A stretch of 64,000 nt of DNA. Source: Lingula anatina (lineage: Eukaryota > Animalia > Brachiopoda). The notes below the pieces were generated by a model that saw nothing but the letters and a program-made list of their open reading frames with translations, had not been told where the DNA came from and ran no database searches. The stretch covers positions 690,954 to 754,953 of the forward strand of contig CM120644.1 of assembly GCA_051362555.1 (NCBI GenBank), written 5' to 3'. Below, piece by piece: positions 27,611 to 40,776 of this stretch (positions are counted from its first letter, which is position 1; every line of letters starts with the position of its first letter). The position numbers and the translations under genes were made by a program.

Positions 27611-29249
27611 TATTATAGGTATTTTGACAGGCAGGTAAGTTGTTCAGATATTGGAAGCATCGTCGCCATTCGCCGCTTCTACCTTCAGGAAAAAATATCC
27701 TCCGCTTGGATCACCGGCAATTTTGGTTATCTAAAATTTTTGTTAATATACGTTTTAGCAATTAATTTTGATTTATCTCATAGTTTTCACGTTCGATGTC
27801 AGACTTCAAAACTTATTCTCGTGTTGCGAATATTTAAACATGTATTCAATTTTTGGCCATTTGCCACAATGAAGATACATGCGTAACTACGACGCCGTAC
27901 ACTGTGGGACCGAAGCGTTGTACTTGCTCTCTCTCTCTCTCTCTCTCTCTTATTCGAAGACAAACTGGCTGAGTAATACTAAACTTATTATTTATAGATC
28001 TACCGAAGGCGTAGGTTTATATAATTTTGTCTGATTATTCCTTTTGTCTTTTCACGTCGCTGTGCCGCTGGTATGGTTCTAATATGCAAAAACAAATTTC
28101 CAACTGATTTTAGATGTATAACATAGAAACCATTGATTAATTAGACCTCGATGTCATACATTTTAAATCAGGCGGGTTTTGATTGATCTCAAAATGTGTA
28201 GGCTTACCATTTGGTGACAAAGATGTGGTGTGACAGCTTGATTTTTACATTGGGGTAGTTTTTCTTTCTGATTAGTTATCTTCACCCGCCTATCTTGTTA
28301 TCTGCCCCTTCCTTTTAAAATATCCCAAGAGCTTGTCAGTGTGCTGGTGTCATGTAGGCCTACCTCTACGCGTGTGCATGCAAGTGTTTGTGTGCATGTG
28401 TGTTTGTGTGTGCATGCGAATGTGTGTTTGTGTGTGCCTGTGCGTGTTCCTGTGTGTTATTGCTGAATTTCCAAAAATAAATGATTCAATAGCATTGTTC
28501 ACTCTCACTGATAACAATCTCTGTATGTACTTTAATGCACCGTTGTAGTCGTTCATTCTCTTTTTTTTTTTCTTTTGTTGATCCACCTTCCTATTTCTAT
28601 AGCCAACTTAAATGTATGAGATTAAAATTAAAACTAAATAATCAATGAGTGACTTTTTAACCAGTGCGAAATACAAGTTATAAAATTGACTGATAGACTT
28701 TTAGTTCAGCTTTAATCTTTCATTTTAGTTATTTTGTTTTAAATTTGTTCACATATGTCTTTTAATATTCATTTGATCTTATTTCGCCAGTGGTTTTATT
28801 CAACAATGATGCATAGAAGGTATTTAACCAACCTTCGGGTTGCAAATTTGATAATAATAACAAAAAAAAAACTATGATTATAGACAAAATCGTGTCGTTT
28901 ACGTTGTAATACGCTGATATTCCGAACCGGTTGGTATCACTTCCACAGTACATATTGCTCCTATATCTGCGGAGTTTAACTGCCAAAGAAAACGAAATTT
29001 AGTTGTATTTAAAATAATTCCTATTTTGGCGTAAACAAAGTATGAGAAGATTTTTTTTGGGGGGAGGGGGGGTGTTCTAACCATGAAAGAATATAAAAAA
29101 CTGCCCCAACGGTTTTCAAGTTCGTCAACCAGGTTTGTAAAAAAGTTTTCACAGGGTACAATCGTCTGTAACGGATTGTCCCTATACGTAACGGATTGTC
29201 CCTATACTGGATTTTGTCTGTAGAGGACCACAACTGAATAAGTCTGTCA

Positions 29250-29760
29250 AAGTAGAAGAGACTGACCGAGTAGTGCTAATTTCTAAGTTATTATTTAAAG
29301 ATCTTCCGAAAACATCTGATTATAAATTTTGTCAGAATATTCCTTTTTTCACGCCGCTGTGCCGCTGCTTCAATCAAAATTTTTTGGAAAAGGTTCAAAT
29401 AGTGGTAATTATGTCTCATTTTCTATGCAAAAACAAATTTCCAACTGATTTTAGATGTATGACCAAATGTTACAAATTGAGATCAATCAAAAACCGTATG
29501 ATTTAAAATGTATGACATAGAGGTGTAATTTATCAATGGCCTCCATGTTATACATTTAAAATCAGTTGGACATTCGTTTTTGCATAGAAAATGAGACATA
29601 ATTACCACTATTTGAACCTTTTCCAAAAATTTTGATTGAAGCAGCGGCACAGCGGCGTGAAAAAAGGAATATTCTGACAAAATCCATAAACAGACGTTTT
29701 CGGTAGATCTATAAATAAAAAGTTGGAAATTAGCTTTACCCAGTCAGTTTCTCTTCGACT
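29250..29760. mobile_element. Foldback MITE with ~210 bp inverted arms; partial copies at ~27953-28200 and ~35284-35600
   Basis: 29258-29462 is the reverse complement of 29545-29757; the ORF track shows the same peptide (FLEKVQIVVIMSHFLCKN) on both strands. Confidence 0.85.
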
Positions 29761-30720
29761 GATCGAGAGAAAGCGAGAGAGACAGCAAGACTTCTGAAAC
29801 ACTAATGGTATACAGTGACATATAACGGTATCAAACAGGTAGGTCATATTTTATGCAAAGCATGTATTTGTATTTTAATTTCTCGACAACATACAGGTAT
29901 TTAAAAAATATTTGTATATTACATAAGCCAGACTGAAATACAGGCTGAATTCAAAACCGCCTAGGTCAGATCGATATTAAAAGTTACAGATAATTTTAAA
30001 TAGAATAATCTCATCCCTCGTAAAAACATTTTATGTAAAGAATATCAGATCAAGAACTCCTTGTTTTAACTTAGTTGCATGCGGAGAATTACGAATAATT
30101 TACTTTTGTTTTGTCTCACACACGGGTTCTTTTAACTGTATGTCAGGCCTGTGTCTACTTCGACAAACATTTTGAAAATTCTTTGCTGCTTACGTGACAC
30201 TTTGAATGAAACAGTTCAGAAAAAATGGTTCAGTTTCTCAGTGTTCATTAGATTGCAGATCAGTTAGGTGCGGAAAACTTGCCTAGGCGGATTTTAATTC
30301 ATGCCTGGTTTTCAATGACCTGTGCACGTGATATATGTGAGTGTGATACTCGCTAAATTGTCACGCCTACTGAAGCTGCTAGGGGGTAATTAATTATCGT
30401 TTAACAGCTTCAATAGGCGTGCCAGACGTCTGTAGAAGCAGCGTAAGCCGAAAGCAATTTAGCGAGAAACCCCCTGGAGATGGAACCCAGTCAAACGTTT
30501 TGTAGAATCATGGTATTTTGCACAATAGCATGTATATATATATATATATATATATATAATGTATTCACTATGTTGTGCGTGATATTTTGTACTGTTTTCA
30601 TGAGACATCCCCCGCACGTAGTACTTCGCCCTTATTGCGGCACGGTTAGCTGCGTCTCATGGATTCTGGCACAATTTCTAGTCTTGCATGACGTCAGACT
30701 GTGCCGACAATTAGGATATC

Positions 30721-30900
30721 CCGGTGTAACGTGACAGAGAGTCCCCCATGATAGAGATTACGCTTCGTAATCAATTGAGTCAGGAAAGCCCTGCCCTTGT
30801 TTTTGACCCACTTAGGTCAAGCTAACTCTAAACATTATAGCTACAATGGATATGGAGGGCGGACTTGGTGTTACGCGGACCCTCAGTTTCGTTACACCGG
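30721..30900. mobile_element. Short MITE, TIR CCGGTGTAACG
   Basis: CCGGTGTAACG...CGTTACACCGG; an inverted second copy lies at 42365-42521. Confidence 0.75.
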
Positions 30901-31028
30901 ACGAGTTCTACCCTTGATTTTTATATTGTGTCTATTTTTAGTGATTCACGTGTTTAAGGATCATCTTTGTAAGCCAAATTTCTGCACCTGAAAATCGCTT
31001 TTATTATATCTTCTAGGAACAACTGAAG

Positions 31029-32260
31029 ATGTTTTCTCTGCGCATTGCTGCCATTGCTGTGCTGCTGTTGCCGCTGATTGCCGCCCAGAAAGGCAGTAAG
31101 TCACCTGTACATGACTTTGATTAACGGGATTTTTTCTATCCGATTTGTCTGTAGTAAAATTATAATGAATAAATAAATAGAATTGAATCTCCTCTCTATT
31201 TCAAGTACTTATTCCCGCATGTTTTATTCAAAATGAAGAGAAATTATGCTATTTGCTTTGCATTATGGCAAGTATGTGTGCTACGTTATATTATTGCACA
31301 ATGCCATGAAATGTATGCACATGCACAAGTATTATTACCAGGAATAAGAATCAAGAAATAGAATGAAATTGAATTGTTATTTAAGCTTCCAAATACCACG
31401 TAAAGACTTTGGGTGAAAATGTCTATAATGACATTTCGTGAATTCTAGTATTATTGGATAGAGCATTCTACAACATATTACTTTCAAAGTACATTGTTGC
31501 GACCGTTAAAATAAAACTTGATTTCAATTTAATTTTTTTAAATAGTTTAAATATTAAAATGACAAATATCTGTCTTCTATTTTCTCCCTTATATCCAAAT
31601 AAACAAAAACTCTTGGAGATGGGAAATAATTTCTGAATAATAATGACTTATATATTTTATTCCATTACAGTTGTGCTTCTTCGGTCCCAAAATTTTGGGG
31701 CCCACACCTGGGGACTGAGGGACAATGGCGACGCGTACATCAACCAGGGCTACAGCGGGCATGCCTTTCGCATTGTGCCAGGGTTAAGCGGGAAGAAGGA
31801 CGGGAAGAAGACCGTCTCCTTCATGTCCCTGGAGCATCCGTGCTCCTATCTCCGTCACTATAATTACTTCCTGAACCTCGAAAGCTCGAAGAATCCAAGG
31901 AATGCTAACATCTTTGACGAGGACGCCACCTTCGTTCCTCGACCTAACCTTTTCTTCCAAGGGTACACGGCCTTCGAGTCGGTGAACTTCCCCAACCACT
32001 TCATCCGCCATGCTGGCTACAGGCTGCAGATTCGTCCGAACGATGGCTCTCTTTTGTTTAAGAGGGATGCCAGTTTCAAGCCGGAGAAGATTGGTTCGTG
32101 AATATTTTGTTGTTTACAACATATAACGCATGTTGTTATTCTTCTGTACTGTTGACATGATGGCATATACTGTGCCCGATTTCTCGCACGCTACATCTTT
32201 CTCTCTCTCAACCCCCATCTCTCTCTCTCTCTCTGTCTCTCTCTCTCTCTCTCTCAACCC

Positions 32261-32311
<51 letters not shown>

Positions 32312-32379
32312 TACATGCTCGCTACTTGTTTATGTGTTTTTGTATCGTTTCAGGTAAGCCGAAAGGATGTGGCGAGTAA
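31029..32379 (+). CDS. Secreted stand-alone AbfB (CBM42, arabinose-binding beta-trefoil) domain protein
   Basis: Exon 31029-31095 encodes signal peptide MFSLRIAAIAVLLLPLIAAQKG (phase 1, gtaagt); exon 31671-32093 has FRIVPGL, VSF.S...P.SYLRH, FDEDATF, AFESVNFPNHFIRH, FKRDASF; probable last exon 32354-32379 (GKPKGCGE*), alternatively stop at 32099-32101; AATAAA at ~32617. Confidence 0.88.
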
Positions 32380-33549
32380 ACTCGTGTCAGTCACGTCTAG
32401 GCCGGGGACGTTTGATATGCACCTAGAAAATGTCACGTATAGTGACATAACATCGAAAAGACTGGATGTTACCGATTTTAGTTTTAAGACATTAATTTTT
32501 CCTTCGGTTATTTGATGGAAAAATGAAAAAGGATTCCCGGTTTCACAAAAGACTATCAGACAAACGATTAGTGAAGCGTTTGATGTTTGGATTATTTCAA
32601 ATTATTTCAAACTGATAATAAATACAAAAAAGATATGCTGTTGTTTTTAATTGAACAGACACTTGGGGAGTACACGGGGGGGGGGGGGGGGGAGGGGGGA
32701 GTGGGGGGTAAATATATATTTACTCAAGGTAGACATCAGAACCCGTAATCTCCCTGCTCCCTGCTCTAAGAACTGTGTGTGTGTGTTTGTGTGTGTTTGT
32801 GTGCGTGTGTGTCCCCGCGTATGCGAAAGCGCGCGCGCGTGCCGGGGGGGGGGGGGGGGGGTTAAAGCTGTGATCGTAAACGATTTTCATATGTTTTTTT
32901 TTCAATCTGTCTGATACGTTGGTCCATATATCGGTGTGAGGTATTCTTTCTCCACTACCACTGCCACCGCGCACTAGATGTATGACTGGTGCTGCATTGT
33001 GTCATATTCAAGTTTATGTTGACCGTTGCTAGGAGAAAATGTAGAACATCAAATTACTATAATGAAAGAAAACAACTGCTTCTAAATTCTAAATACACAT
33101 TTAAGACCAGAAAACAGGGCACAGACCTCTGCCAATTCCAGGCTGCTCATTTCTCAGTTTTACAAGTTAATCAAAACCAATTTAATAATAATAATCATTA
33201 ATAATAGATTAATAGATTCATGTAATAGATTCTTTTAGTCCATTTCTTCAGCTTCTAAAAATTATAAAAAGCCGTCAAACTTTTCTAAGTTAAGCGATTA
33301 AGATAGGTTGCATTGGCTTACAAAGTCCGTGCGATGCCTATGCAGTGCCCGTATATCCCCTTTACGTGCAGCGCCAGTATGGAGGCTGGCGGTGGAAATT
33401 TTTATTAAAGATGGTTAAAGTGGATGCATGCCTTCGAGAAGTAGTTTTTAAAAGTATTTATGAATAATTTCGCAGCAGCACTATATTTAATTTACCAAAC
33501 GAATATTTTACACGAATTAACATCCTAGATTTAAGGCAAATTTTTGTTT

Positions 33550-33733
33550 GTAATCCGGATCATCATTTGGATCCATGAATTTTTAAAGATACTTCACCAT
33601 TGTGAGATATGGTCAGTAATCTTGACCCAAAGGTGTATTGAGGTCATTGCTCTTTGGATGTGTTTGGATGTCCTCTTAACTACTGCAATTTAGTCCTTGG
33701 CGGAGGTCTTCGCTCTTAGGGTGCTTTTGTAGT
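33550..33733 (+). mobile_element. Helitron/HINE 3' end fragment
   Basis: ATCCGGATCA..GGATCC core and terminal CCTTGGCGGAGGTCTTCGCTCT...GTGCTTTTGTAGT, a degenerate version of a common metazoan Helitron end. Confidence 0.5.
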
Positions 33734-34884
33734 GTAGGTAGTATTGTGTTGCTTAGAGCTGATCACAGCCATGTAAGACAGCTGTTACATTATGTAATGT
33801 GTATTTTATGATGTACATTAGCCTTCACCGACGTGCGAGATTATGTGTCTGTAATCATAAATTAATCTAAAATAAAGACTTGAAACCAGGTCGCATTTAA
33901 CAAATGGCAGGAAAATGTTGCCTTTGTTTACATAAGCAACAGTATTGTCCAATATTTTGTTTTTTTATCGTTAGAATGATGGCAAAGGGCAAATTGTTGA
34001 CTGGCATGCCGCCAGAGCAGAAATTATTATTGTGCAGATGTATCTATATGACCAGTGTGAAGTTAACTCGTCCATTTCTTACCTGGCATACAACAAATGT
34101 GATCTTGAGATCTGATGGCGCTAAAAACCGACATGGCGCCATGCTTGCCATACTGCCCTTTCACCGGAGTGTGCTGTCTTCTCGACGGGATTATCAGCAA
34201 GACAACGTTTTCTTTATTATTATTTTTTTAAAGTCAAGTCACCGCCATTGCTTTACCCAATCATATATTTTGTTGCTTTTAATACCCTCCCCGCCTCTCC
34301 GGCCTTGCTTATGAAGGCTGTTCATATGGTCATACAGGACCTCGGGCAACTCCTCAGTGGACATTAGAAATGGCAAAGACTACTCAAAACTAAAACCGCC
34401 AAGGTGTGAGCCGCTTTAGCTCTCGTCCTGCTCTATAACGACACAGGTGAAGTCAAATGTAGTCTCATTGTAAACCAATATGAAAATAAAAGCACAATTC
34501 ATTTTGGTTAACACCAGCTATAACATATTTGAACATTTTTTTAATGATTCCCTCTTCTTAGGAGCTTGCTGAAACTTAAATCGTCCCATTATGCTCTTTA
34601 ACGTCATTGATGATACCAAGCTAAATCTCGGATCAAAACAAAGTCATAATAAAAAAGGAATCTATCTTGGAATGCTCAATGTCGGCTCCTCAAACAAGGC
34701 TTCTTGTACATCACAAACTTAAACGTTCAATAATAAGGCAATGTTCGGGGACTGGTGGTGAGCGGAATGAAAAACATTTGCACGATTCAAAGGCTGTCGA
34801 TTGTAGACATAAACACGTGCATTCAAACTGGCCCTCTCCGTGACAAGGTAGAAAGTTTACATATACGTTGACGCCTTCCAACGA

Positions 34885-34965
34885 AGCCTTAGCGGTTCCG
34901 TGGTAACTCTGCTGGCTCGGACACGCCTAGACACTCAAACGCGGGTTCGAATTCCAGAAGGTCCG
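34885..34965 (+). mobile_element. tRNA-derived SINE head or tRNA pseudogene
   Basis: Box-A-like TAGCGGTTCCGTGGT and box-B GGTTCGAATTCC; no convincing cloverleaf. Confidence 0.35.
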
Positions 34966-37900
34966 ATGTAATTTTTGTTGCTAGAAATCATTTCTAAAAA
35001 ATTGTTTGATAACTATAAGAGGAAACTTGGAGTGACGTAAGGTGGGCGGTTACACTCACGGCGCAATCGGTAGCGTGCACGGCTACTAAGTAAAGAAAAC
35101 AAACTCATGTGCAACAACAACGGCAAGTCACGAGCTCGAGTCCCGCATGAGGCATGTCACCTGCCCGTAGAGACGAGCCCGCCGCAAGATCGGGTAGGCG
35201 CGAAAACGAACGCAGGCCCCTGTGTGTCCGGGCAGTTTACATTTTGCGTAAAAAGCCGGTATAGTTTAGCATAAATGATCAAATTGACTGAGTAATGCTA
35301 ATTTCCGGCTTTTTATTTATAAATCTACCTATAAATTTTGTCAGAAAATATTCCTTTTTTCACGCCGCTGTGCCCTGCTTTAATCAAAATTGCTGAAACA
35401 GTTTCAAATATCCGTAATTATGTCTCATTTTCTATGCAAAAACAAACTTCCAACTGATTTTAGATGTATAACCAAATGTTACAAATTGAGGTCTATCAAA
35501 ACCCGTCTGCTTTAAAATGTATGACATCGAGGTCTAATCTATCAAAGGCCTCTATGTTATACATCTTAAATGTCTGAGAAATTACCTTTTGCATAAACTG
35601 GTTTGTTTAGTATAACTGATCTATTTGACAACAACTTATTGCTGGTCGTTAATAATATTATTGTGTCAGCAAAAATACTTCCTTACTCTTCAATTAAAGG
35701 TTCTTAAAATGATGCATAAGCGGGGATGGTCATTGATCTCTATCCTTTACCGCCTACGCAACAGATCAAAGTTGAATGAGTCAACAGCTAATTGGTCCAC
35801 TTCAGTTATATCATGGGCGTAACCAGGCATACGCACGGATGCACTGTGCGTACAATTTTTGGGGCCGACCATGATATTTTTCTCTATAAATTTAGTGTAT
35901 TTTTCAAGGAATAAATCGAAAATCCCCGTCGGTTGTAAGTTAACGTCACTTGAATAAACAAATCCTCTGTATAACATATATTCACCATTGTTCACATTAC
36001 TGAGGTAAACAATACTAGTTACCATCAGAAGTCCTATCTTAATCGTCAATCTAGCTGGATCTCCCTTTACCTCTTAATTAGGGGGTTAAGTGCCTTTCGG
36101 CTCTTTGGTAGCCTTTATCTTGAAAGTATCGAACGTACTTTCGCTGGTGATGTTTATCTCAGGTACAAATCTACCTGTGCATTATTCTCAAAGAGCAGTT
36201 CCAGCAGACCTGGGGGCACTAGATAAAATCTGAACGTCGGGCTAAACAAGGAGCCAGAGAAACAAAGGAAGAAACGAAATTTTCCTCCAAAGCTTCAAAG
36301 AATTTTTACACGGACTTGATCCAGAATAACCCACCAAAGTAACAGGGTGGCATGGGCAATTTTTACAATCACAAACAAATAATTAAACTTTGTCTTGGCT
36401 TGTCGGATCGGCCGTGGACGTTGTAAGGAATTTTCTTAGAGTAATTTGACGTACCCAGCTTTTATGATTCGTCACAGTTTAATGGTACTATTTTAATCTG
36501 AAGTGCACGCTGTTATTCAGTCATGACGAAACTGCTTTATTTCAAATCCTCCCTCCCCACTGAAATTTATTATTTTTTAAAATATTTTTTCATTTCATTT
36601 TACCCTGCCTCCCCCCCCCCCCCCATTTTGGACAGCCTGTTCCCCAATCCTGGAAAAAGCTTTGCTTCCGGCTGAAATAATGTAATGGAACTTAATTAAA
36701 TCACTGGAATGTATTTTACTTTAGCTGATGATTCTATTACTGATGAAAACTGAGCTATGGTATTTGGCACATTTAATTTTATCTGCCCTTTATCTGTTTG
36801 CGTAAGTGTACATTTAGCCGTACCTGGGACTTTTGAAAACCTGGGACTTTTGCGTACAATTCTAAAAGGTCTGGTTACGCCCCTGAGTTATTTACCATCT
36901 GTGAGGCGACAAGAGCTCTTTACATTACTGTTACGTTTCCTGTCATGTCTGCCAATATGTCTCTTGATAGGGATTGTGGCATCAAATGGCAGATCCAAGG
37001 GACATTGAAATCCCTATCCCTGGATAACCCCCTGACACACACACCCCCTGGTACACCCCTGGTATACCCCAATACCTGGTATATCCCACCCCCTGGTATA
37101 CCCCAACTTCTCCTGTTTGACTGAAGAATTGACTCAAATTCAAACTCAAGTTTTATGTTTTTATTATAAAACTGTGATCAACTGAAAAAAAATCAAAAGC
37201 TGTACAGTAAACCACACAACTGCCCTGGTAATGTTGGGGATTGGAGCTGAGCATTTGATTATAGAAATATAAAAATAAATTCACATATCTGCTGAGTCTT
37301 ACACTATAGTTAAGTTTGAGTGGCACAGCCGAGAATGTTGTGTAAGCACACTGGTTATTTAGAAAACACAAATACAAAGCAATATAAGTGAACAAAAAAG
37401 AAAAAACCTTAAAGACTTATTTCAGCTGTTACATGTTTACATAAAACTAGCTACCTGTGAATTATTTAACGCAGCTCTGTTCTCCACAATAGATCTGATC
37501 TAGCTAACACCTTTATGTTATACATTTTAAATCAGACTGGTTTGATTTGTATTTTCCATCCTATTACAGATATTAATTCTCTGCATTATGCTTATGACAA
37601 GGTTTGTATAATTAACGGCAGTAGTTATCTGTGTAAACCTCTATGTCAAGCATCTGAAATCAAACGGGCTTGGATTTGTAAAAATGAGTTGCATTGTTTG
37701 GTGAATACTCCTCTTCTTTGGTGCCAATTTTCATGATTATGTTCATTAAATATAAACTTGCAAAAATATGATGGGATAAAAGGCTAGGAGTTGGTTGCAC
37801 AAAAGAATGAAAATTGTTTTTACTCCAAGAAGATTCCTCAAGCTGAGTGTGGTAACATGTAACATTTCTTTATTTGTTCTGTTTTCTTTACACGTTCTGA

Positions 37901-39360
37901 TCCGATACAGACAAAATCCGGTGCAGACAAAATATAATTTGAAAACTTTTGTCCTTAACATATTTAGAAAGTTTCGAGCTTTGAGGAGATAAAATTGACA
38001 GGAAAAACATTTGGTTATATTGTAATATCACAGTGAGAACAAGCCAAACTGTCTAAAGCATTGGCAATGTCCGTGTGAAGTACCAGTATAGGCACGTCTG
38101 GTGAACAACAAGATTAAAAAGCAGCAAATGTTTTGAACAAAACTTTACTTCAAAACCTTTTTAAATAATACAAATGGGTATAGAAAAGATCGTTATGAAG
38201 TGAAAAAAAAAACGAAGGGGGGTTACATTGTCATAAGGATGATTTGAATGTTACACTCGCCAAATATGTGGTCGTGCACACTGAAAACGTTGTCATCATA
38301 ACCATACCTTGCCATCATATCTTCCACATTTGAGGTGCTTATTTTGTCAATGTATAATGCAGCACACATGTTCGTCAGCAGATTTTACCAGAACAGAGAA
38401 CACACACACAGTGTTGTGAATACACTGCATCAGTTCTTTATGTATAAATTAACGTTTGTTGATATTACTATAGTTCTAGATCGAGCGAATTTAAAATGAT
38501 TTGAATAGTTTTTCCTCAGCCACAAGTCTACGAATAAATTTGTTAGTCATTTCGATAAATGATTTTCACTGGAGTGGTGAAGATATTTAGTCTATAGCTG
38601 CCACTAACTGCTAAATTTGCAGACACCTATAAAAACATCAACTACATAAGGATTTTTTCTATAGGACTGAGAAGAACTGAAAATGGGCGGCCCAGCTGCA
38701 GTGGGAACGCGACTCTGTTCTGGTCTTAATTGGTGCCCTCATCAGAATAATGCCTTTTAGGAAAGTGTAAATAAACAGGAAACAGGGCCTCAGGAAAAGA
38801 ATCTGTTTCGTGGAACACTATGTCCAAGCTGGCATTCATTAAATATTTTTTATGAATGAAATATCTTTGTTATGAATGGGTCTGCTTTGTTTTATAGTCT
38901 GTCCCGTCACCACATATTTTGTTCTTTCACTGAATAACTGCAATGCCAATTTCAGGCCTGTAGAAAGAAAATTGAAGTGGAGGTTGCTTATCATCCAGAT
39001 ATAACATAGCGACGCGGTGTGTGGGTTGGGGTGGGGGTTGGGGGTGGGATCCCTTTTATCCTCCATGTTGCCTGTGCCTATAAACGACATGGTTGACGAA
39101 AACTTGCCATATATGGCTGGTAAATGGAACTGTTGACGGGAGTCACAAATCACAAAGAAACAAATAGTTCATTAGCCTTTCCTCAGACAACTTAAATTGT
39201 GACGTTTATTTGTCTATCTCTTCCTATACGTGTATAAAAGTTACATGCTATCAAGTAACGTGTAATATTGCACGAGTAAAAGATCAGTGTGCAACAACAC
39301 TAACGTTACCAAGACAGTTACTGCCAGGTGATAAATACAGAGATTGACGAATTCAACACC

Positions 39361-40776
39361 ATGGGCTTCTTACTGGTTACCCTGTGTGTTACTGTGGTTT
39401 ACATGCCCCAGGGATCCTCTTTTCCAATTTTCCAGAGTGACACCAATACAGCCAGTTACACGAGCGGAAGCACCTATTCCGACTACTGGACCACATCCCC
39501 TTCCACCACTGGATACGCTTCAACAGGCGACACCACTTCCTACAGTACCGCTGGACCTACTTCTGCAAGTGGCACCACTTCCTCTGCTGAAAGTGGAACA
39601 ACAGCTGCTAATGGCACCACTTCCTCTGCTGAAAGTGGAACAACAGCTGCAAGTGGCACCACTTCCTCTGCTGAAAGTGGAACAACAGCTGCTAATGGCA
39701 CCACTTCCTCTGCTGAAAGTGGAACAACAGCTGCTAGTGGCACCACTTCCTCTGCTGAAAGTGGAACAACAGCTGCTAGTGGCACCACTTCCTCCGCTGA
39801 AAGTGGAACTACTGCTGCAAGCGGCACCACTTCCTCTGCTGACAGTGAAACTAATGCTGCAAGTGGCACCACTTCCTCTGCCGAAAGTGGAACAACAGCT
39901 GCAGGTGGCACCACTTCTTCTGCTGAAAGTGGAACAACAGCTGCAAGTGGCACCACTTCCTCCGATGAAAGTGAAACAACAGCTGCAGGTGGCACCACTG
40001 CTTCTGCTGAAAGTGGAACAACAGCTGCAAGTGACACTACTTCCTCAGATGAAAGTGGAACAACAGCTGCAAGTGGCACCACTTCCTCTGCTGAAAGTGG
40101 AACTACTGCTGCAAGCGGCACCACTTCCTCTGCTGAAAGTGGAACAACAGCTGCAAGTGGCACCACTTCCTCAGATGAAAGTGGAACTACAGCTGCAAGT
40201 GGCACCACTTCCTCTGCTGAAAGTGGAACAACAGCTGCAAGTGGCACCACTTCCTCTGCTGAAAGTGGAACAACAGCTGCTAATGGCACCACTTCCTCTG
40301 CTGAAAGTGGAACAACAGCTGCTAGTGGCGCCACTTCCTCTGCTGAAAGTGGAACAACAGCTGCAAGTGGCACCACTTCCTCTGCTGAAAGTGGAACCAC
40401 TGCTGCAAGCGGCACCACTTCCTCTGCTGACAGTGAAACTAATGCTGCAAGTGGCACCACTTCCTCTGCCGAAAGTGGAACAACAGCTGCAGGTGGCACC
40501 ACTTCCTCTGCTGAAAGTGGAACAACAGTTGCAAGTGGCACCACTTCCTCTGCTGAAAGTGAAACAACAGCTGCAAGCGGCACCACTTCCTCCGCTGAAA
40601 GTGGAACTACCGCTGCAAGTGGCACCACTTCCTCCGCTGACAGTGGAACTACTGCTGCAAGTGGCACAACTTCCTCCGCTGAAAGTGGAACTACTGCTGC
40701 AGGTGGCACCACCACCCAGGCCTCCAATGCAACTGAGCCTAGTGCCCAAGGCGACACCACAGATAATTCGGAGTAA
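39361..40776 (+). CDS. Secreted Ser/Thr/Ala/Gly-rich tandem-repeat protein (mucin- or proteoglycan-like)
   Basis: TATAAAAG at ~39233; ACC-ATG-G start; signal peptide MGFLLVTLCVTVVYMPQGSS; about 27 copies of 14-aa TTSSAESGTTAASG (42 bp); many differences between repeat copies are at third codon positions in this frame. Confidence 0.85.
   Translation: MGFLLVTLCVTVVYMPQGSSFPIFQSDTNTASYTSGSTYSDYWTTSPSTTGYASTGDTTSYSTAGPTSASGTTSSAESGTTAANGTTSSAESGTTAASGTTSSAESGTTAANGTTSSAESGTTAASGTTSSAESGTTAASGTTSSAESGTTAASGTTSSADSETNAASGTTSSAESGTTAAGGTTSSAESGTTAASGTTSSDESETTAAGGTTASAESGTTAASDTTSSDESGTTAASGTTSSAESGTTAASGTTSSAESGTTAASGTTSSDESGTTAASGTTSSAESGTTAASGTTSSAESGTTAANGTTSSAESGTTAASGATSSAESGTTAASGTTSSAESGTTAASGTTSSADSETNAASGTTSSAESGTTAAGGTTSSAESGTTVASGTTSSAESETTAASGTTSSAESGTTAASGTTSSADSGTTAASGTTSSAESGTTAAGGTTTQASNATEPSAQGDTTDNSE

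Noticed and set aside
35055-35150. tRNA gene (GGCGCAATCGGTAGCG...GCTCGAGTCCC)
   Set aside because: Spacing is too long and the stems do not pair; at best a degenerate SINE head
35620-36300. Possible retroelement coding remnant
   Set aside because: No diagnostic motif recognised
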